From contig JAKMXF010000355.1 in assembly GCA_024704765.1 (NCBI GenBank), positions 6,459-70,458 of the forward strand: a DNA stretch of 64,000 nt. The letters run 5' to 3'. Each line of letters begins with the position of its first letter. The stretch's first letter is position 1. A program made the translations under genes and the position numbers. Below, piece after piece: positions 1 through 13,899 of this stretch. This DNA is from Oopsacas minuta. Its lineage: Eukaryota > Animalia > Porifera. The notes under the pieces were generated by a model that had not been told where the DNA came from, ran no database searches, and was given only the letters and a program-made list of their open reading frames with translations.

Positions 1-235
1 TTGGGGTACAAATATACCCCACTCAGTATATATTCGCACTTTGTAATTGGGGTACAAATATACCCCACTCAGTATATATTCGCACTTTGTAATTGGGGTA
101 CAAATATACCCCACTCAGTATATATTCGCACTTTGTAATTGGGGTACAAATATACCCCACTCAGTATATATTCGCTCTTTGTATTTGGGGTACAAATATA
201 CCCCATTCAGTATATATTTGCACTTTGTATTTGGT
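1..235 (+). repeat. 46-bp tandem satellite (runs off window start)
   Basis: About 5 units of TTGGGGTACAAATATACCCCACTCAGTATATATTCGCACTTTGTAA, degenerating at about 235. Confidence 0.95.
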
Positions 236-1559
236 GTACAAATATTCACCACTTGGTATGTTCCCATACTCAAACAGGTGTGGGTATACTTGTTCTTCAA
301 CTCACTACGAATGCATACCGAGTAGGTTATATTTCTACCAGTTCCAAAGATATATCAATTACATGTTGTGGTTGTAGTACTATCTACTTCTAACCTGTTT
401 GAATCACACATTTTCAGTTGCATTATTTGGTTATTTGGAATTTGGATGGCCCATGGATAATACACTATGTAATTCCTGCTAAAATTACCTGAGTCCATAT
501 TATCGACTATATCTCCTCACGTTGCGACCAAAAGCACTAACAAATATCGCTGTTTCACTATTATACTAGGGTCAAAGCTCCAGGATACTTCGGTTCTTCA
601 CACAGCGACCTAGCAAGCGAAACGCCCTGCTATGTGAAAACCGTGTTGCATTTGCTTCTGGGATCCTTTGTTTGTTTTATTTCGACACATTGCTTTTCTT
701 AGCCATTTTTTGGAATGTATGAGGTATTCTTCCTTCTCCAATGTCTTCAGGAGATTATTTGGATCTGAAGCTAGAAAGTCTTTATTGAAAGATGAATCTT
801 AACCATTTTAGAACTGAGCCACTATACTATATAATAGTATTAGTCCGCACAGTAAAATATATTTAGCGACCCATAATTATGGAAATACAGTGAAAGCCGC
901 TTAATCGGAACTCGGATAATTGGGGTATCCGCTTAAACGAAACAATGTTTTGGAACAGATTTGTACATACAAAATTCGTCGGATAATTGGGACATCGAAT
1001 CGGTTAATTGGAACATCTTATCCCGATGAACGGAATATGAAATTTTTCATTATTTACTTTGCTCACTAGCCTCAGGTCCCATTGCCTGTTCCACCATGTA
1101 TGCATTAACTCAATAATGACCAGACTGTTGGATATCCAAACGTTTTGCATGGTCCTATGAAGTACGGATATTTGAGGTTGCAGTAATAAGTATGTGCATT
1201 ATTGTCTAAGAAGTATGAGATGCCCGTGAAGAATATCATTTATAACTACGAAAATTCCAGATTCGAAAATTCCAGATACGAAATTTCCTGAGACGAAGGT
1301 TCCACCATTCTTGTATTGTACGGTACATGTATTTGTTTTGTACACTCCAAATATGCTAGTTACATTTAATCTTGCAAAGTGAGACTTTGTCATTTTGTGG
1401 ATAAATCCTCAATGGAAGCTGAATCATGGAAGCTTGCCACTATTTCTTTGTTAGCATGAATTGAAATTATCATCCAAAAGAGAAATCAAATCTACCACAG
1501 TATTGAAATTTGTTTACTTTATGTACCTAAAAGTACACAAAAATTCACAATATGTTGTT

Positions 1560-1910
1560 TACAATATTATATTCGGACTCAGCATACTCGATTACCCTAG
1601 TATAGTCGTTGAAAGCATGTTTCTACCTCAACTTTGAAATTTGTTTACTTTATATTCATAAAAACAACAATAAATTTACACATGAATAATCGAAAAGTGT
1701 GAAAATCGGATTCAGCATGTTCGATATATTTAGTGAACTTTTGTTGAATTCTTATTACTACCTTGATAAACACGATAAATACATTGTTTTGCGACAATTT
1801 CAAAATTGCATACCGTAAATCCTTTCCCTTGACAACGGACAGACAAACTGCCAAACAAAATTTAGATTTAATAAAATAGATTACCGAATATCGAATACTT
1901 ACATTCGGGA
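1560..1910 (+). repeat. Dispersed non-autonomous repeat; related sequence at 11660-11710 and 11950-12200
   Basis: Shared blocks GACTCAGCATACTCGATTACCC and AAAGTGTGAAAATCGGATTCAGCATGTTCGATATATTTAGTGAA...TGCATACCGTAAATCCTTTCC recur at both loci. Confidence 0.75.
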
Positions 1911-2722
1911 GAGCCAAATAGTGAACTATTTGGGGAATTTATTGGACTCACGGAAAATTTAACTATTCTGTTTAAGCCATGTTAATTGATTTACAACCTG
2001 GATTATTCAAATTCATTCTCACTGGTCAATATCAATATCGCTCTAAAATCTACCTTCCTGATTATCGAGGTCGTTTATACATAGGTAAATAGGAACTTGA
2101 GCCAGGGGGGATGTTCGGATAATCGAAGATTCACCATATAGACAAAGTTCAAACGGAACCCCATCGCCGATAATCTTCTTCCTACCCTTCTGTTATGATT
2201 GTTTAGATATTGCAGATATTCGTCGGTGCGTTTCTCCTCTTAGCTAACCGATTGGACACCAAGAGCTAGCCACTATTTAATCCTAAAAGATTGGATTAAA
2301 GAACTAAATGAGGGATAATTCAATACGCTAATCCCGAATTTCATCTCTTGAATGCGTACGATTCAAATTTCCTCCAATATTCCTTCTATTAATAATTTAG
2401 TTAACTGATAATTACTGTAAACAAATTGAAATTTATATTGACTGGATGATCATATTAAATTGTAATAACATTGTTTTATGAATATTAGAGGGGAACATGA
2501 TAAAATATTTATTTACAACCTGAGCTGATATGTGTATATATATATATACAAATATTTGCTAGCTAATTCATTGTAGAAATATTTATCGCCTGAGGCTAGA
2601 TAAAAATCTCTCGAAACTTGATGCCTTTCCCATTTTTGCTAACCCAACTCTTTTAAAACAGGCTAAAGTTTGAAAGCCCCTTATGTAATGGTTTTTACCT
2701 AGCAAAGTAATTGATAATTGAT

Positions 2723-5700
2723 ATGGCTTCTCCGTTCGTTGAACCACCTCCAGCAAAGAAGAAGAAAAGTAATGTAACATTTGATTTGACAATAGAAGAT
2801 TATCATTACGATTCAGATGAAGACATCGATTTCGATGAATTGGATGAAGCTGTCGATAGTGATGACTCTTATGACTCGCATATTTCTACTGATGGGAGTG
2901 AAAATTGTTTGGACACTTCGGACTCTGAGTCACAATCGATTCTTTCTGAGATGGACGTATCCATTCCAGATTTATCTGGTGAAGAACACAATTTAGCCTA
3001 TACTGCTCGTGATCAAACTGGTTGGTATAATGATAATATCATAAATTTACATGATCATGGTACTCCCAAAGAACACTTTGCCACTCTTACAGATTTAAGT
3101 AAGGAATCAACGACGCCAGGAGGTAATCAGGTTTATTTTTATGTATTTCAAGCGTTTGCACTCGACAATTTCATTTTATATCTCCCCTACCAAAGGTGTT
3201 TATACACCTAAACATATCCATAGAAAATAGTACTGTATGACATATTCCTTTCGGATTGCCTCTATGTTATGTTGAAATTTCTATCATTATGAATCTTTAC
3301 TATTTCAAAGCAAAATCCAACTTCAAAACAACGACAATTAATACAAAATTTTGTGAATTCATCTACGTATATTTTAATATTTTAACAATTTACTTACAAA
3401 TATTCATAAAAACAGCATTAAATATGAATATGAGAAACTTGAAAATGGGAAATTCGGATTTCAGGCTATTCAAATACCCATGTATCCTCTGGAAATTAGG
3501 TATCCCAAAGCCGAGAAGCTTTTAATGCGAGAGTATTAATCCGTGTTATTGGCTTAAACTGTCTTAATTTCCAAGCAACTGTAACTTTGAAATTTACAAT
3601 CGGGGAAGCGTGAGACCAATTCTTAGGGGCCCGAGCTCCCGCTTCGGCATGGTTTACACTGTGTATTGTATATCTAAAATATGGGTAGATAGTACATAGA
3701 TTATTCAATATGATCATAAATCATCAATGAATCCCGTGATGAATATATTTTGTACGAAATTTGTGACGTCATTGTATGGGTTACATTGAGTGGTACCGGG
3801 ACTTCAAATTTCAGCATCTAATGTATTATGGTAACGAACATATATATCTCTTTATACCAAATTTCTTTGATAACTAGCCCCAAATAGTATCTAACATTAA
3901 TGACTGCATCTCTGGAATCATTCTCCTTTTATATTGATTTATACAATTTTGTGTATAGTCAGGTGAAAGTCACATTGCAAATACCCATATGTAGTCCCGT
4001 GGGACTACCCTACATTAGGGACACACTTTACAGTGCCATTATACTATACTATAGTGGAACAGTTTTAAAATGGTTGACTTCTCAGTCGGTATATTTATAT
4101 GATCATATATATGTTCGCTCTCCTTTTCACACCTTTTGAGATTAAGACTCGAAATTTCTTTACTCGTAGTGAGATCTAGTTGCGCAACGGATATCAAAAA
4201 AATTTATAATGTGTAGATCTTCACACCTTTTTTGCGACTAATCATTGTCGATCCCAGATTTTTCTGATGAGTAATCTAAAGTGGTTTTCATACAAATATC
4301 AAATTTTGCCATGATAAGCTTGCAAGTTCCTTAGCTTTTGCAGTGACCATGAATGGCACATTATGACCTTCGAGTTCCTATTGTTTGAATGCATGATCTG
4401 CAATTTCTTTGATGCAGGAATCAGAGGCGTATCCAGGATGTGGCATATGCTGCAACTGGCACATCTGAAATTGCATGTGCCCACCAATTTTTATACAGAA
4501 ATGTATTACATTTGCGGTCCTAATTACTCCCCTGCCTAGAATCAATATTTTAACCTCGAAATCAGAGAATATTTTGAGGTTAATAATGAATGGGCATGAG
4601 CCAGTGGTACTGAATATGAGAATTCACTTATTCTGAACCTAGTCAGCACTCCCAATAAAATAATTTCCATAAGATTTGTATTTATTCAAATTCGCCAATA
4701 TCAAGTTTCTTTTTTATGTACCAGATTTTGGGCCATTGAGAACTGGAAAGAAGTGACCCTGACGTTCGATAGCATACTGAAATATATGGTAATTAGATGA
4801 AATTATAGACCCAGTTCAGTGAGTTTCCGATTGTGGATCTGAATGTAATGTTTTCAGCTACACTTTCTGATTCAGTGGTTTGAAAATTTTTAACGTGTTT
4901 TTATTTAGAATTCATGAAACTGTTCTTTAACCACGAGGTCTGTAATCACATATTGGAGATGACTAATAAAAAATTACAATTTCATTTGGACGAACATCCT
5001 GATATTTCTCGTCCCTATTTTTCTTTGTTTGTTATTGATGAACTATATGCCTTCATTGGCATGATGATTCTATTTGGTGTATTTCGATCTTCTCGAGAAC
5101 CACTCTCCGAATTATATTCAGATGATCCTAACAAGGGAAGGCCAATATTTCCTGCCGCTATGCCTAGAGATAGGATGAAACACCTCCTGCGATTTCTTAG
5201 ATTTGATGATATTTATTCTAGAATTGAACGGGTAAAATCTGACAAACTTGCGCCAATCCGTTTTGTGTTCGATAATATAAATTCAACGTTGAATTCCGCC
5301 TACTCTTCAAATACAAATGTAACAATTGATGAACACCTCTGTCGCTACAGAGGCAAGTGCCCTTTCAGGCAATATATTCCGTCAAAACCGGACAAGTATG
5401 GTATAAAAGTTTTTATTTTAGCAGATGCGAAAACATTCTATCCTATGAACCTTGAAATATATACAGGTAAATGTGCTGGAAGCAGAACAACCGAGAGCCT
5501 AAGCATGAGATTGACTTCTATCTTGAAACCTGGTCAAGTTGTTACAGGAGATAATTATTTTACGTCAGTGTCCTTGGTTCGCAAGCTCTTAATTGAAAAA
5601 GGAATTTATTATAATGGTACTATTAGGAAATCCCGTAAAGAGATACCCAAAGAAGTAAATGAGATCAAAGGTTTAATGCCCTTTACCTCAAGATTTTTGT

Positions 5701-6366
5701 TTGGAAACGGATTCGCCCTAATACAGTATGTTCCGAGAAAGAATAAAAGTGTGTTAATGCTTTCAAGTGTTCATTTTACTAAAGAAACAGCCAAAGATGA
5801 TAGACAAAAACCTCTCTCTATTACTGATTATAATAAGAATAAATGTGGTGTGGATAAATTAGATCAAAATATAAAGGAATTTCGACCCTATAGAGCAATT
5901 AGGAGATGGCCGTGTGTGGTGTTTTTTTGACTTAATTGGGATGACATCTCAGGCGTCATTTGCAATGTATTGTTTGAAGTTGAATACCAATACTAAACTA
6001 TCTCATAATGCCATAAAGAGGAAAGATTTTCTGTATGATCTTGGAAAAGAGCTAATAAAACCTTTAATGATTAACCGAAAAAAATAGTCCTAGTTATCGA
6101 TATTTGCCGCTTCGTATCAAATCTGTTATCGAAACAATAACGGATGAGAGTTATGACGATCCTGGTGGAGAACCTGATGAGATATCAACCGATCCTTTAA
6201 GTTCTAGCAAAACAACAAATTCAAAAATCTTCGTTGTGAATTTTGTGTAAGAGGAGCAGATAAAAAATCGAAGAACAAATGCTATTCATGCAATAGGATT
6301 GTTTGTGGTACACACTCCAAACGTTTTTACTCTTGTTATCACTGTCTCGAAAATATACCAACTTAA
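2723..6366 (+). pseudogene. piggyBac transposase, two predicted exons (2723-3122, 4909-6366), frameshifted near the 3' end
   Basis: Acidic N-terminus; triad motifs TIDEHL, TGDNYFTS, GVDKLDQ; PDKYGIK motif; C-terminal Cys-rich domain (CEFC...CYSC...VCGTH...CYHC) ending TAA at 6364-6366. Frameshift in the T-run near 5923. TIRs and TTAA TSD not located. Confidence 0.9.
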
Positions 6367-7252
6367 ATATTTTGTATACTAAACTATTTTCTATATTCTC
6401 AAAACATTGTTTAGATACTTGAATACATCTACAAGTTCAATTGCTGATTTTCTTTTTATTCACTCACATTTTTATTTCACATAATTCTGCTCACTAAATT
6501 AACCTATTATATAGGGAATTTATCCAGGACCCTAAAGTTCTAGTGTAGATTTTCACTACAGGACCTTATAATTTCAATTTTACTTAATACTTCTAGTTTT
6601 CTGTTTTTTTAGGAAATCGAATTTGGAGTTTATTCATTAAAATGTACTTGTGGGATTTCAATTTTACAATTTCAAATCTAAATCCATATGCTTTATCATA
6701 TGATTAATCATAATTCATACCTTTTGGCATATTATCGAAAAAGATGCTAGAGATTACATTTTTACTGCTAGCCATGGGCAATCGAGTATATAGATTCCAA
6801 TTTTCAAAATTACTAGCCCGCTTCGCTTGCTAGGTCGCTGCTCCACAGCTTAGTACTCCAAGTTAGCGTAAGTATTACACAGCACAATTTACAGTGTTAT
6901 TGGTCGCTACGCAACAGAATATACTCGGCACAACGTGCCTAGAATTCACAATATAGTTAAATTTTAAGATTTTACTAGCCATGGTACATCCAAATTACAT
7001 TCAATGGCCTTCTGTGGTGATACTGGAGATGCTATGTAGCTTTTATTTTGTGATCTCTGCACTTCGTGCCTCTGGAATAAAGAAATTCTAAATTTTTCCA
7101 GTCATGATGACGTAATAATCCCATGATGAGTCCGTTTTTGGTCGGAATCATGAGGTCATTTATCATATTGAGGGGTGCCTGTAATTCAAATTTCAAACTT
7201 CTATCATGTATATTGGCTAAGCAGTGGGTAATTATGTTTTTCGAAAATCCAA

Positions 7253-8362
7253 CTAAGGTGAGAGGTAGATTTTAAGCTTGGGGAATAGCCAAAAATCACA
7301 AGGAGCTAGGTCTGGAGAGTATGGTGGATAGGGAAGTAATTCTAACCCTTCTTCATCCAAGAAATATTTGGTTAGCTTAGCTGTAACTGTATGGGAACTG
7401 GCGTTATCAATTAAAATCTTCATTCCTCTAGTTCCGGTTTTCGGGCGGTACCTTTCTATATTTTTTATCAAGTTTGGAAGCACTTGCTCTGTAAAGAAAG
7501 TAGCAGTAACAGCTTTGCCACTCTCACAAGGTAATTGCTAGACAATTCCATGACTACTGAAGAAGATACTATACATAATCTTAGGTTTCTGAAGTCGGGC
7601 CTAGGAATTTTCGCCGGTTGTTCGTCGCCCCTCACCCATGGTTGCTTCTTATACTTGCTATATGGTGTTGAATAGTATACCCACATCTCGTCACCAGTAA
7701 TAATCTCTGATAGGCGTCTAGAATCGCAGTTCTCATGGGTTTCCAAGAGTTTCTTGACAATATTCAGTCGTGCCAACCTTTGATTCTCTCTGAGCTTATG
7801 CGGGACCCATTTCCCACAAATCGATCAGTAGCCAAGCTCAGTAGTCAGAATTGTATGAATAACTCCTGATGAATCTCCATACTTTGTTCTAACTGATTGA
7901 CAGTAATGCACTTGTCTTCCATGACCGTACTTTCAATCAGATTCTCTGAAGTGGTGGCGGATACCGGTCTTCCAGATCGAGGCAAATCTGTGACATCAGC
8001 ATCACCAGATCTATAGCTGGTAGCCCATCGCTCTACAGTAGATCTGGAATGACAATTCATGCACAATATCTCCTGTAACTCGGTGAAGATCTGTACGGGC
8101 TGGATCTTGAGTATTGTGCGAAACTCTATGTCAGCTCGCCATTTGAGGTTGAAATTATCATCTTTTGAAGCCATAAATAGAGGAGTAGGTATGAATTGAC
8201 TACGCCTAATTATCTCAGAGAATCATTATTTGTATTGAATAAGCTTGAAACTTTCAGTATATGGAGTTTAACTATATGGGCTTATAATATATGAAAGTTA
8301 GATATATTACTTGACTAGTTCTTGAGATATATCATGACCCGCAAGACTTATTGAACACCCTG
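7253..8362 (-). mobile_element. mariner (DD34D-type) element, 3'-truncated and frameshifted
   Basis: WVP(H)KL, TGDEMWVYY, DNASSH and YSPDLAPCDFWLFPKLK motifs; TIR CAGGGTGTTCAATAAGTCTTGC at 8362. Same family as the copy at 62832. Confidence 0.9.
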
Positions 8363-8469
8363 ATATATAGTATTAAAATGCAATTAATAAATATGCATAT
8401 TTTTGTATGTCCAGAATTGGTTGAAAAGACTTTCAGGTCTGAATTTTCAAAATTATTCCAATGCGCAAG

Positions 8470-8620
8470 ACAAGCCAGTTGATGACATTTCCTGCTACCG
8501 ACTCATATCAATCCTTCCTACACTTTCAAAAATTATTGAGAAACACATTTATCTCATTTTATGAATATTTAGACAGATATGCTCTCATATCAGAAACCAA
8601 TCAGGGTTTAGAACTAATTT
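8470..8620 (+). pseudogene. Short LINE (CR1/Jockey-like) reverse transcriptase fragment
   Basis: Translates as YRLISILPTLSKIIEKH...YEYL...QG, a typical LINE RT N-terminal motif. Confidence 0.6.
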
Positions 8621-8769
8621 TTTTAATATGTCTTTCAATGAAGACGTATTACGTTTATACGTAGTATACGTTCAATCTAGAATTGTTGGTGATCGTAATT
8701 TCTATCGGGCTGAATTCTGCAATAAATATTTTGCTTTTTATTACAAAAATATCCAAATCACAGGAATAG

Positions 8770-9600
8770 TTTCGTAGAAGAACAACGCATTCAAGATAAA
8801 CAAATGCTGGAGTCTGCCCTAAGTCTCTCGACTCGAAGAAAAGACGTACCATTAAGCGAACGACGAGTGGAAACCATTCGTGCTGTTTAACAGTTATACT
8901 TGCTGCCCATGATCATTTTGATCTCTCCCCTATAGAGTTTTGTGATGCTCTGGTTATCCGTTACACTCGTGCTATACTGAAAATCCCTGCTTTCTCGATG
9001 GATGTGGTGCGAATTTTAATGCCCTTGACTGTAAATAGGAAGATTGGTAACACAGACACAATGAAGTGAGAGATGCCTTTGGTGATATTGCTTCAATGGC
9101 TTATAAAGACGTAGTTCGAGAACCGATAGTAAGTGAAGTAGATGACTTTTTAGGAGTGGCAGCGCTAATTCCAGGTTTGGGAGTTAGGGGAGTATGGCGC
9201 CCCACAAACTAAGGGGTTGTTTGATATCCGTGTCGTTGACACTAATGCTCAGTCTTAGACTGGTCGTATTGTAAAAACTGTACTCTTCTCAGCTGAGCAG
9301 GCCAAAAATACGAAATATACATAGGCTGCGGAATTGACACGTGTTTTCTTCACACCTTATGTAATTTAAGTTGATGGCCTAATGGGGCGCGAGGCTCAAT
9401 CATTTACTAAAAGATGGCCGAAAATTATACTATAGATGGAACAAGAGGAATAGTGAAGTCACTGTTTGGTAAGTACTGGGTTATCTTTTGCAATAATACG
9501 GGCAACCAACATATGTCTAAGGGGATCCAGGGTAAATGGATGAGGGTGCCAGTCTTCCTTGGATATTTGATTGATTTGTTTGGAGCAGTTTGTTTAGTTT
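8770..9600 (+). pseudogene. 3' fragment of a non-LTR retrotransposon with restriction-like endonuclease (CRE-like)
   Basis: Across frames: DLSPIEF.DALVIRY, DGCG, HNEVRDAFGD, VREPIV, DIRVVDT, VDGLMGREA, LSFAIIRAT..CLRGSR. Confidence 0.75.
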
Positions 9601-10349
9601 GAGGATTGTTTATTGAATTATATATTTTGGTAATTTAGATTGTTTGGTTTACTTTGATTCCTCTAGTACCTGTCTAATACATACTACTGGATAAAATGTA
9701 GAATTATTTTTAACAAAAAAATTTATGATGGGAAGCAGAAAAATTCGAATGTTTTTAGGGGGAAATTATTATGATAAATAAATTTACTAACCTAAACATG
9801 ATCATCTTTCGCTTGATCTTGATTTTCGTCAAAAATCGTAATTGGAGAGCATTTTATTGCGTATGCTATTATCCATTTAAGCAAATTTACGAGAAAACGA
9901 AGTTGACAGTCACAGTTTAGACCAATACATTGCCTAGCTCATCCAATATCAACTTCCCATCCAACAATATAGGCGATATTTTGTAAACGATTATCGAATT
10001 GTACCATATTTCATGAATGCATGTAACTTGCCATACAACTAGATGGATGGTGTTATCTAAGGATTTTTAGATGTAAGACCATAACTAATATGACATCTGA
10101 CGGTGGCTGTCATTTTAATGTGTCCTTCTGTGATACAATTTGAAATCATACAATACCTATTTTATACAAATCGAAATTCTTGATATTTGGACTCAGCGGA
10201 GAATCTACCGATGTTTAAGTAGTCAAATGACAATATTTGAAAGATTAACAAATTTATTAAGACCTAAATATCAAAGCATCAATTCACCCTCTTTGCCAAT
10301 AAAATTTTACCAAATAATTTCAGTAGATTATTATCACTCTATTATTCGG

Positions 10350-10800
10350 GTTCGCGTCGTTAGTCCAAATATCAAAATCGGCATTAGTCCAGATATCAAA
10401 ATCAGTATTAGTACAATCTTTGGGTGATGTTTGCGTGAGTTGGATCTGGAGCAGGCTGTGAGTTGCTGAGAGTATTTAGAACTCACGTTTGAAGGTGCTA
10501 GAATTGGCAATTTTTATCGATTATCTAGCTAGATTGGCTTGAGCTGAGAAGATAAGCATTTCAGTAGACTATTTGGATAACTGGCGTGGTGTTTGATTGG
10601 ATTCGAGTTGGATCTGGAGCAGGCTGTGAGTTTCTGAGCGTATTTGGAGTATTCAAAACAACAAAAGTAAATGACTATATTGCCTCGCGGCGAAATTCCC
10701 CGTGAATACATGCATTCATTCACCAACAATTTGTAATATTGCCGATTTGGAGATTTGGACTTACGCAAGCATCACCAAATATTTGGACTAATGCATCCGC
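10350..10800. mobile_element. MITE-like element with inverted termini and an internal duplication
   Basis: GCATTAGTCCARATAT...GGTGATGYTTGCGT at the left is inverted at 10755-10795; GAGTTGGATCTGGAGCAGGCTGTGAGTT occurs twice internally. Confidence 0.55.
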
Positions 10801-11319
10801 CCCTATTATTCTACTAAATATCAATTTTTAGAAAGAAATATCATATTACGTGTAAATAATCATTTTATACAGTTGAGAGTGCTGGAATCGAATTCTACGC
10901 AACAGTTTACCCCTAAATCTAATATCAAGGATAATTTCGAAATATTGATAAAGAGGTGTGAAAATATGATTAATCATATGCTAAGTAGTATATTTACACT
11001 AGTATGATTTTATTAACCTATAGAATTACACTCCACAATAAATTCAAATACATTACAGTGCTAATACAATAACATACACATCACCAGAACCGATTTTGTA
11101 TTTATATACCTAATTGCAAACCCCCACAATCTCATTGGGCTAAAATATAAGTTTCCGAAAGGTGTGAAAATATACACATTAGAACTTTCTAATGTAAGCT
11201 GCATTTCTCGAGGTCACTACGAGTACATATGCCAAATTTATGTATTAGCCTCTAAAGGTGTGAACACTCATAAATACACTTCCCGAGCATGAGTACTACA
11301 ACATCACTAAATATATAAT

Positions 11320-11990
11320 TGTATACGAGCTTTTGGCTCGTCGCTTCGCGATGAACTCGCCGCATTGCGCCTCGAGGTATCCATTATTCTCCAAATTGAT
11401 GGCTCCTTTGAGTATTACAATATAGATATATTTAATACGATGTAATTCACAAATATACGTATATGGCACATATATTATTGAAATACTTTGTAAGACAAAC
11501 CCCCTTTGTAGCAGTTGAGAGCAAGTGTCAGCGTAAATTTGAGATATTGCTAATTATTTCCTGTATATTCATAAAACAACAATATATTTACATATCAACG
11601 GACAAATATACAAATAACAATTGAGAGTTAATAATATTGATGTTGTTACAATACCATATTCAGACTCAGCATACTCGATTACCCCTGTATAGTCGTTGAA
11701 AGTATGATTGTACCACAATTTCTCATATCACCCATAACAAATATACATACCTCCGAGCCTTTGGCTCGTCGCATTGCGTCTCGAGGTATCCATTATTCTC
11801 CACCAAATTGATGGCCACTTTGAGTATTATAATATAGATATATGTATTTAGAACAATATTATTCACAAATATACGTATATATTATTGACTTATTTAGTAA
11901 TATCAACTCCCTTTGTAGCCGTTGAGAGCAGGTATCTAGGTAAATTTTTGCTAATTTTGTTTCCTGTTTATTCATAAAAACAACAATAAA
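11320..11990 (+). repeat. Direct duplication of a ~280-bp unit inside a non-autonomous repeat
   Basis: TTTTGGCTCGTCGC...CTCGAGGTATCCATTATTCTCC...GTTGAGAGCA at ~11325-11600 and ~11750-11990. Confidence 0.7.
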
Positions 11991-13299
11991 TTTAAATATG
12001 ATTATTCCAAAAGTGTGAAAATCGGATTCAGCATGTTCGATATATTTAGTGAAGATTTATTGAATTCTATTTACTTCCTTGATAAACACGGTAAAAATAG
12101 TTATGCGATAATTTCAAAATTGCATACCGTAAATCCTTTCCTTGACAACGGACGAACAAACAAACAACAATTGAGATTTAATAATATAGACTACGGCTAT
12201 ACGCGAATTTTTGTGAAAGCATACGAAAAAATTACTGATATTACTATATAACTCTGTAGTATACATCATCCTAACCTAATTTCTGAATGCCTTTGAAATT
12301 TACTTATATTCTAGTAACACTCTGCTCATTAAAAAGATAATGTGCTACTTCCATATCCAATTAGTAATTGCACAAGATACAAATGAGGTGGAACATTTCT
12401 GATAGTATATTCGAATCTATGGGTCTGTATTAGCTTAGGATTATAATTTCGAATTTCGTTGATTTATTTGCATATTAATTTTTGTGCAACTGTGGCAGAC
12501 GTGACACATCACTAGAATCAGAACGGGAAGCTGAATTAAACCATTTGAGATTCTCAAACCTAATTAGGAAATATTTGTATAGTTGGGAATATGACGAGTT
12601 TTTAAACATATTTATCAATCTTTGAAGTGGCTCAAACATTATTTGGGTTGTGCCATGTGGCACAAATGTAAAATGCTAATATGTCAAAAGGATTTACAGA
12701 AAATTTCAAAATATACATACAGTGGTGATAGAGACCCGTAGATTTCAATTATTTCCAGGATATATAATTGTATACCGAGCTTTGTTGAAATATTTAAGCT
12801 GGTTAGTGCATATGTTGCAGGCGAAATAGATTTGCATGCGAAACGGGTTATGCCTGAAACGCGTTCCGCCAGGCGAAGTGCTTTCTTACTGTCTCATGGT
12901 TGGTTTTAATGTTCGATTACGATATCCTTACAATGATACAATTGTCTAAAGCGGAGGATCGCTTACAAATGTGATGACTGAAACTGTGACGAAAATATTA
13001 CACTTGTCAACTGTCAACTAAGTGTCTACTTGTTTAGCGTCAACAGTTATTAACGCCGAAACCTTTGGATGAATAAACTCACAATTCGTGAAGGAACCAA
13101 AATAGTATTAAATATGTAAATACATTGTGGGTAGTGATTTCTGCATTTGTTTTACATACATGAGGCCCAACAAGAAAGTTAATGTATTACATTGTTACAT
13201 ATCAACGAAATTTGAGTGAAGATGTGCCATCGGGAAGATGAATTTTATCAGTGTATTTAAGAAGTTTCAACTCCATTTTTAACTGTAGTACAACTGACG

Positions 13300-13760
13300 A
13301 AATTGTTGAAATTCGAATATTCTTTCTCTTACTTTTCCAAGTACAAAGGAGCAGAACGACAGAGATACTATAGCAACAAAAAGAAGTTCATGTTCAGAGT
13401 TACTGAACACCAATTTTTTGCTTGAATTACACTCACCTAATCCGCTGAGAACCATCGCTAAAGAGGAGTTGTTTGATCTCTGTAAAATAGTTCATTCGAA
13501 AGGAGGAAGACATCTGGGAAGAGATCGACTCTTTGCTCAACTAATGCAGGCTTTTTCGGGGAACATTGTTATGGCATTTGCCTGAATCTGTCAGGAAGGC
13601 CAGCTTCAGAAATGCCAAAATCGCTGAAAAATAAAGGTACTCATCCAATACTGACAAACAAAGTTGGATCTCGAGGACAAGTCGATCTGATTGACTTTCA
13701 GGGCCAAGCAGTTAAGTTGTTCGTCAGACAGTATATTATGCGTCTTTCTCTGTATGTTTT
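13300..13760 (+). pseudogene. Ginger/TDD-type (KRBA2/SCAND3-like) integrase remnant
   Basis: KEELFDLCKIVHSKGGRHLGRDRLF (H...H zinc-finger-like segment) followed by KGTHPILTNKVGSRGQVDLIDFQ, the RGQVDLID motif of this integrase family. Confidence 0.7.
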
Positions 13761-13899
13761 AGGACAAGTTCTTCTGCATGGACATCATACTTGCAAATGA
13801 AGGGTTGTGAAACAAGTTGTATGCAAGTTGTGGATGCAAGGGCTACAACCAAACGAATCAAGAATTTAAGCTCTGCTTACGTCGGGTTCACTAAAGCTT

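Noticed and set aside
6515-6550. Candidate piggyBac right terminus (...GTTCTAGTG|TAG)
   Set aside because: No TTAA flank and no matching left end found.
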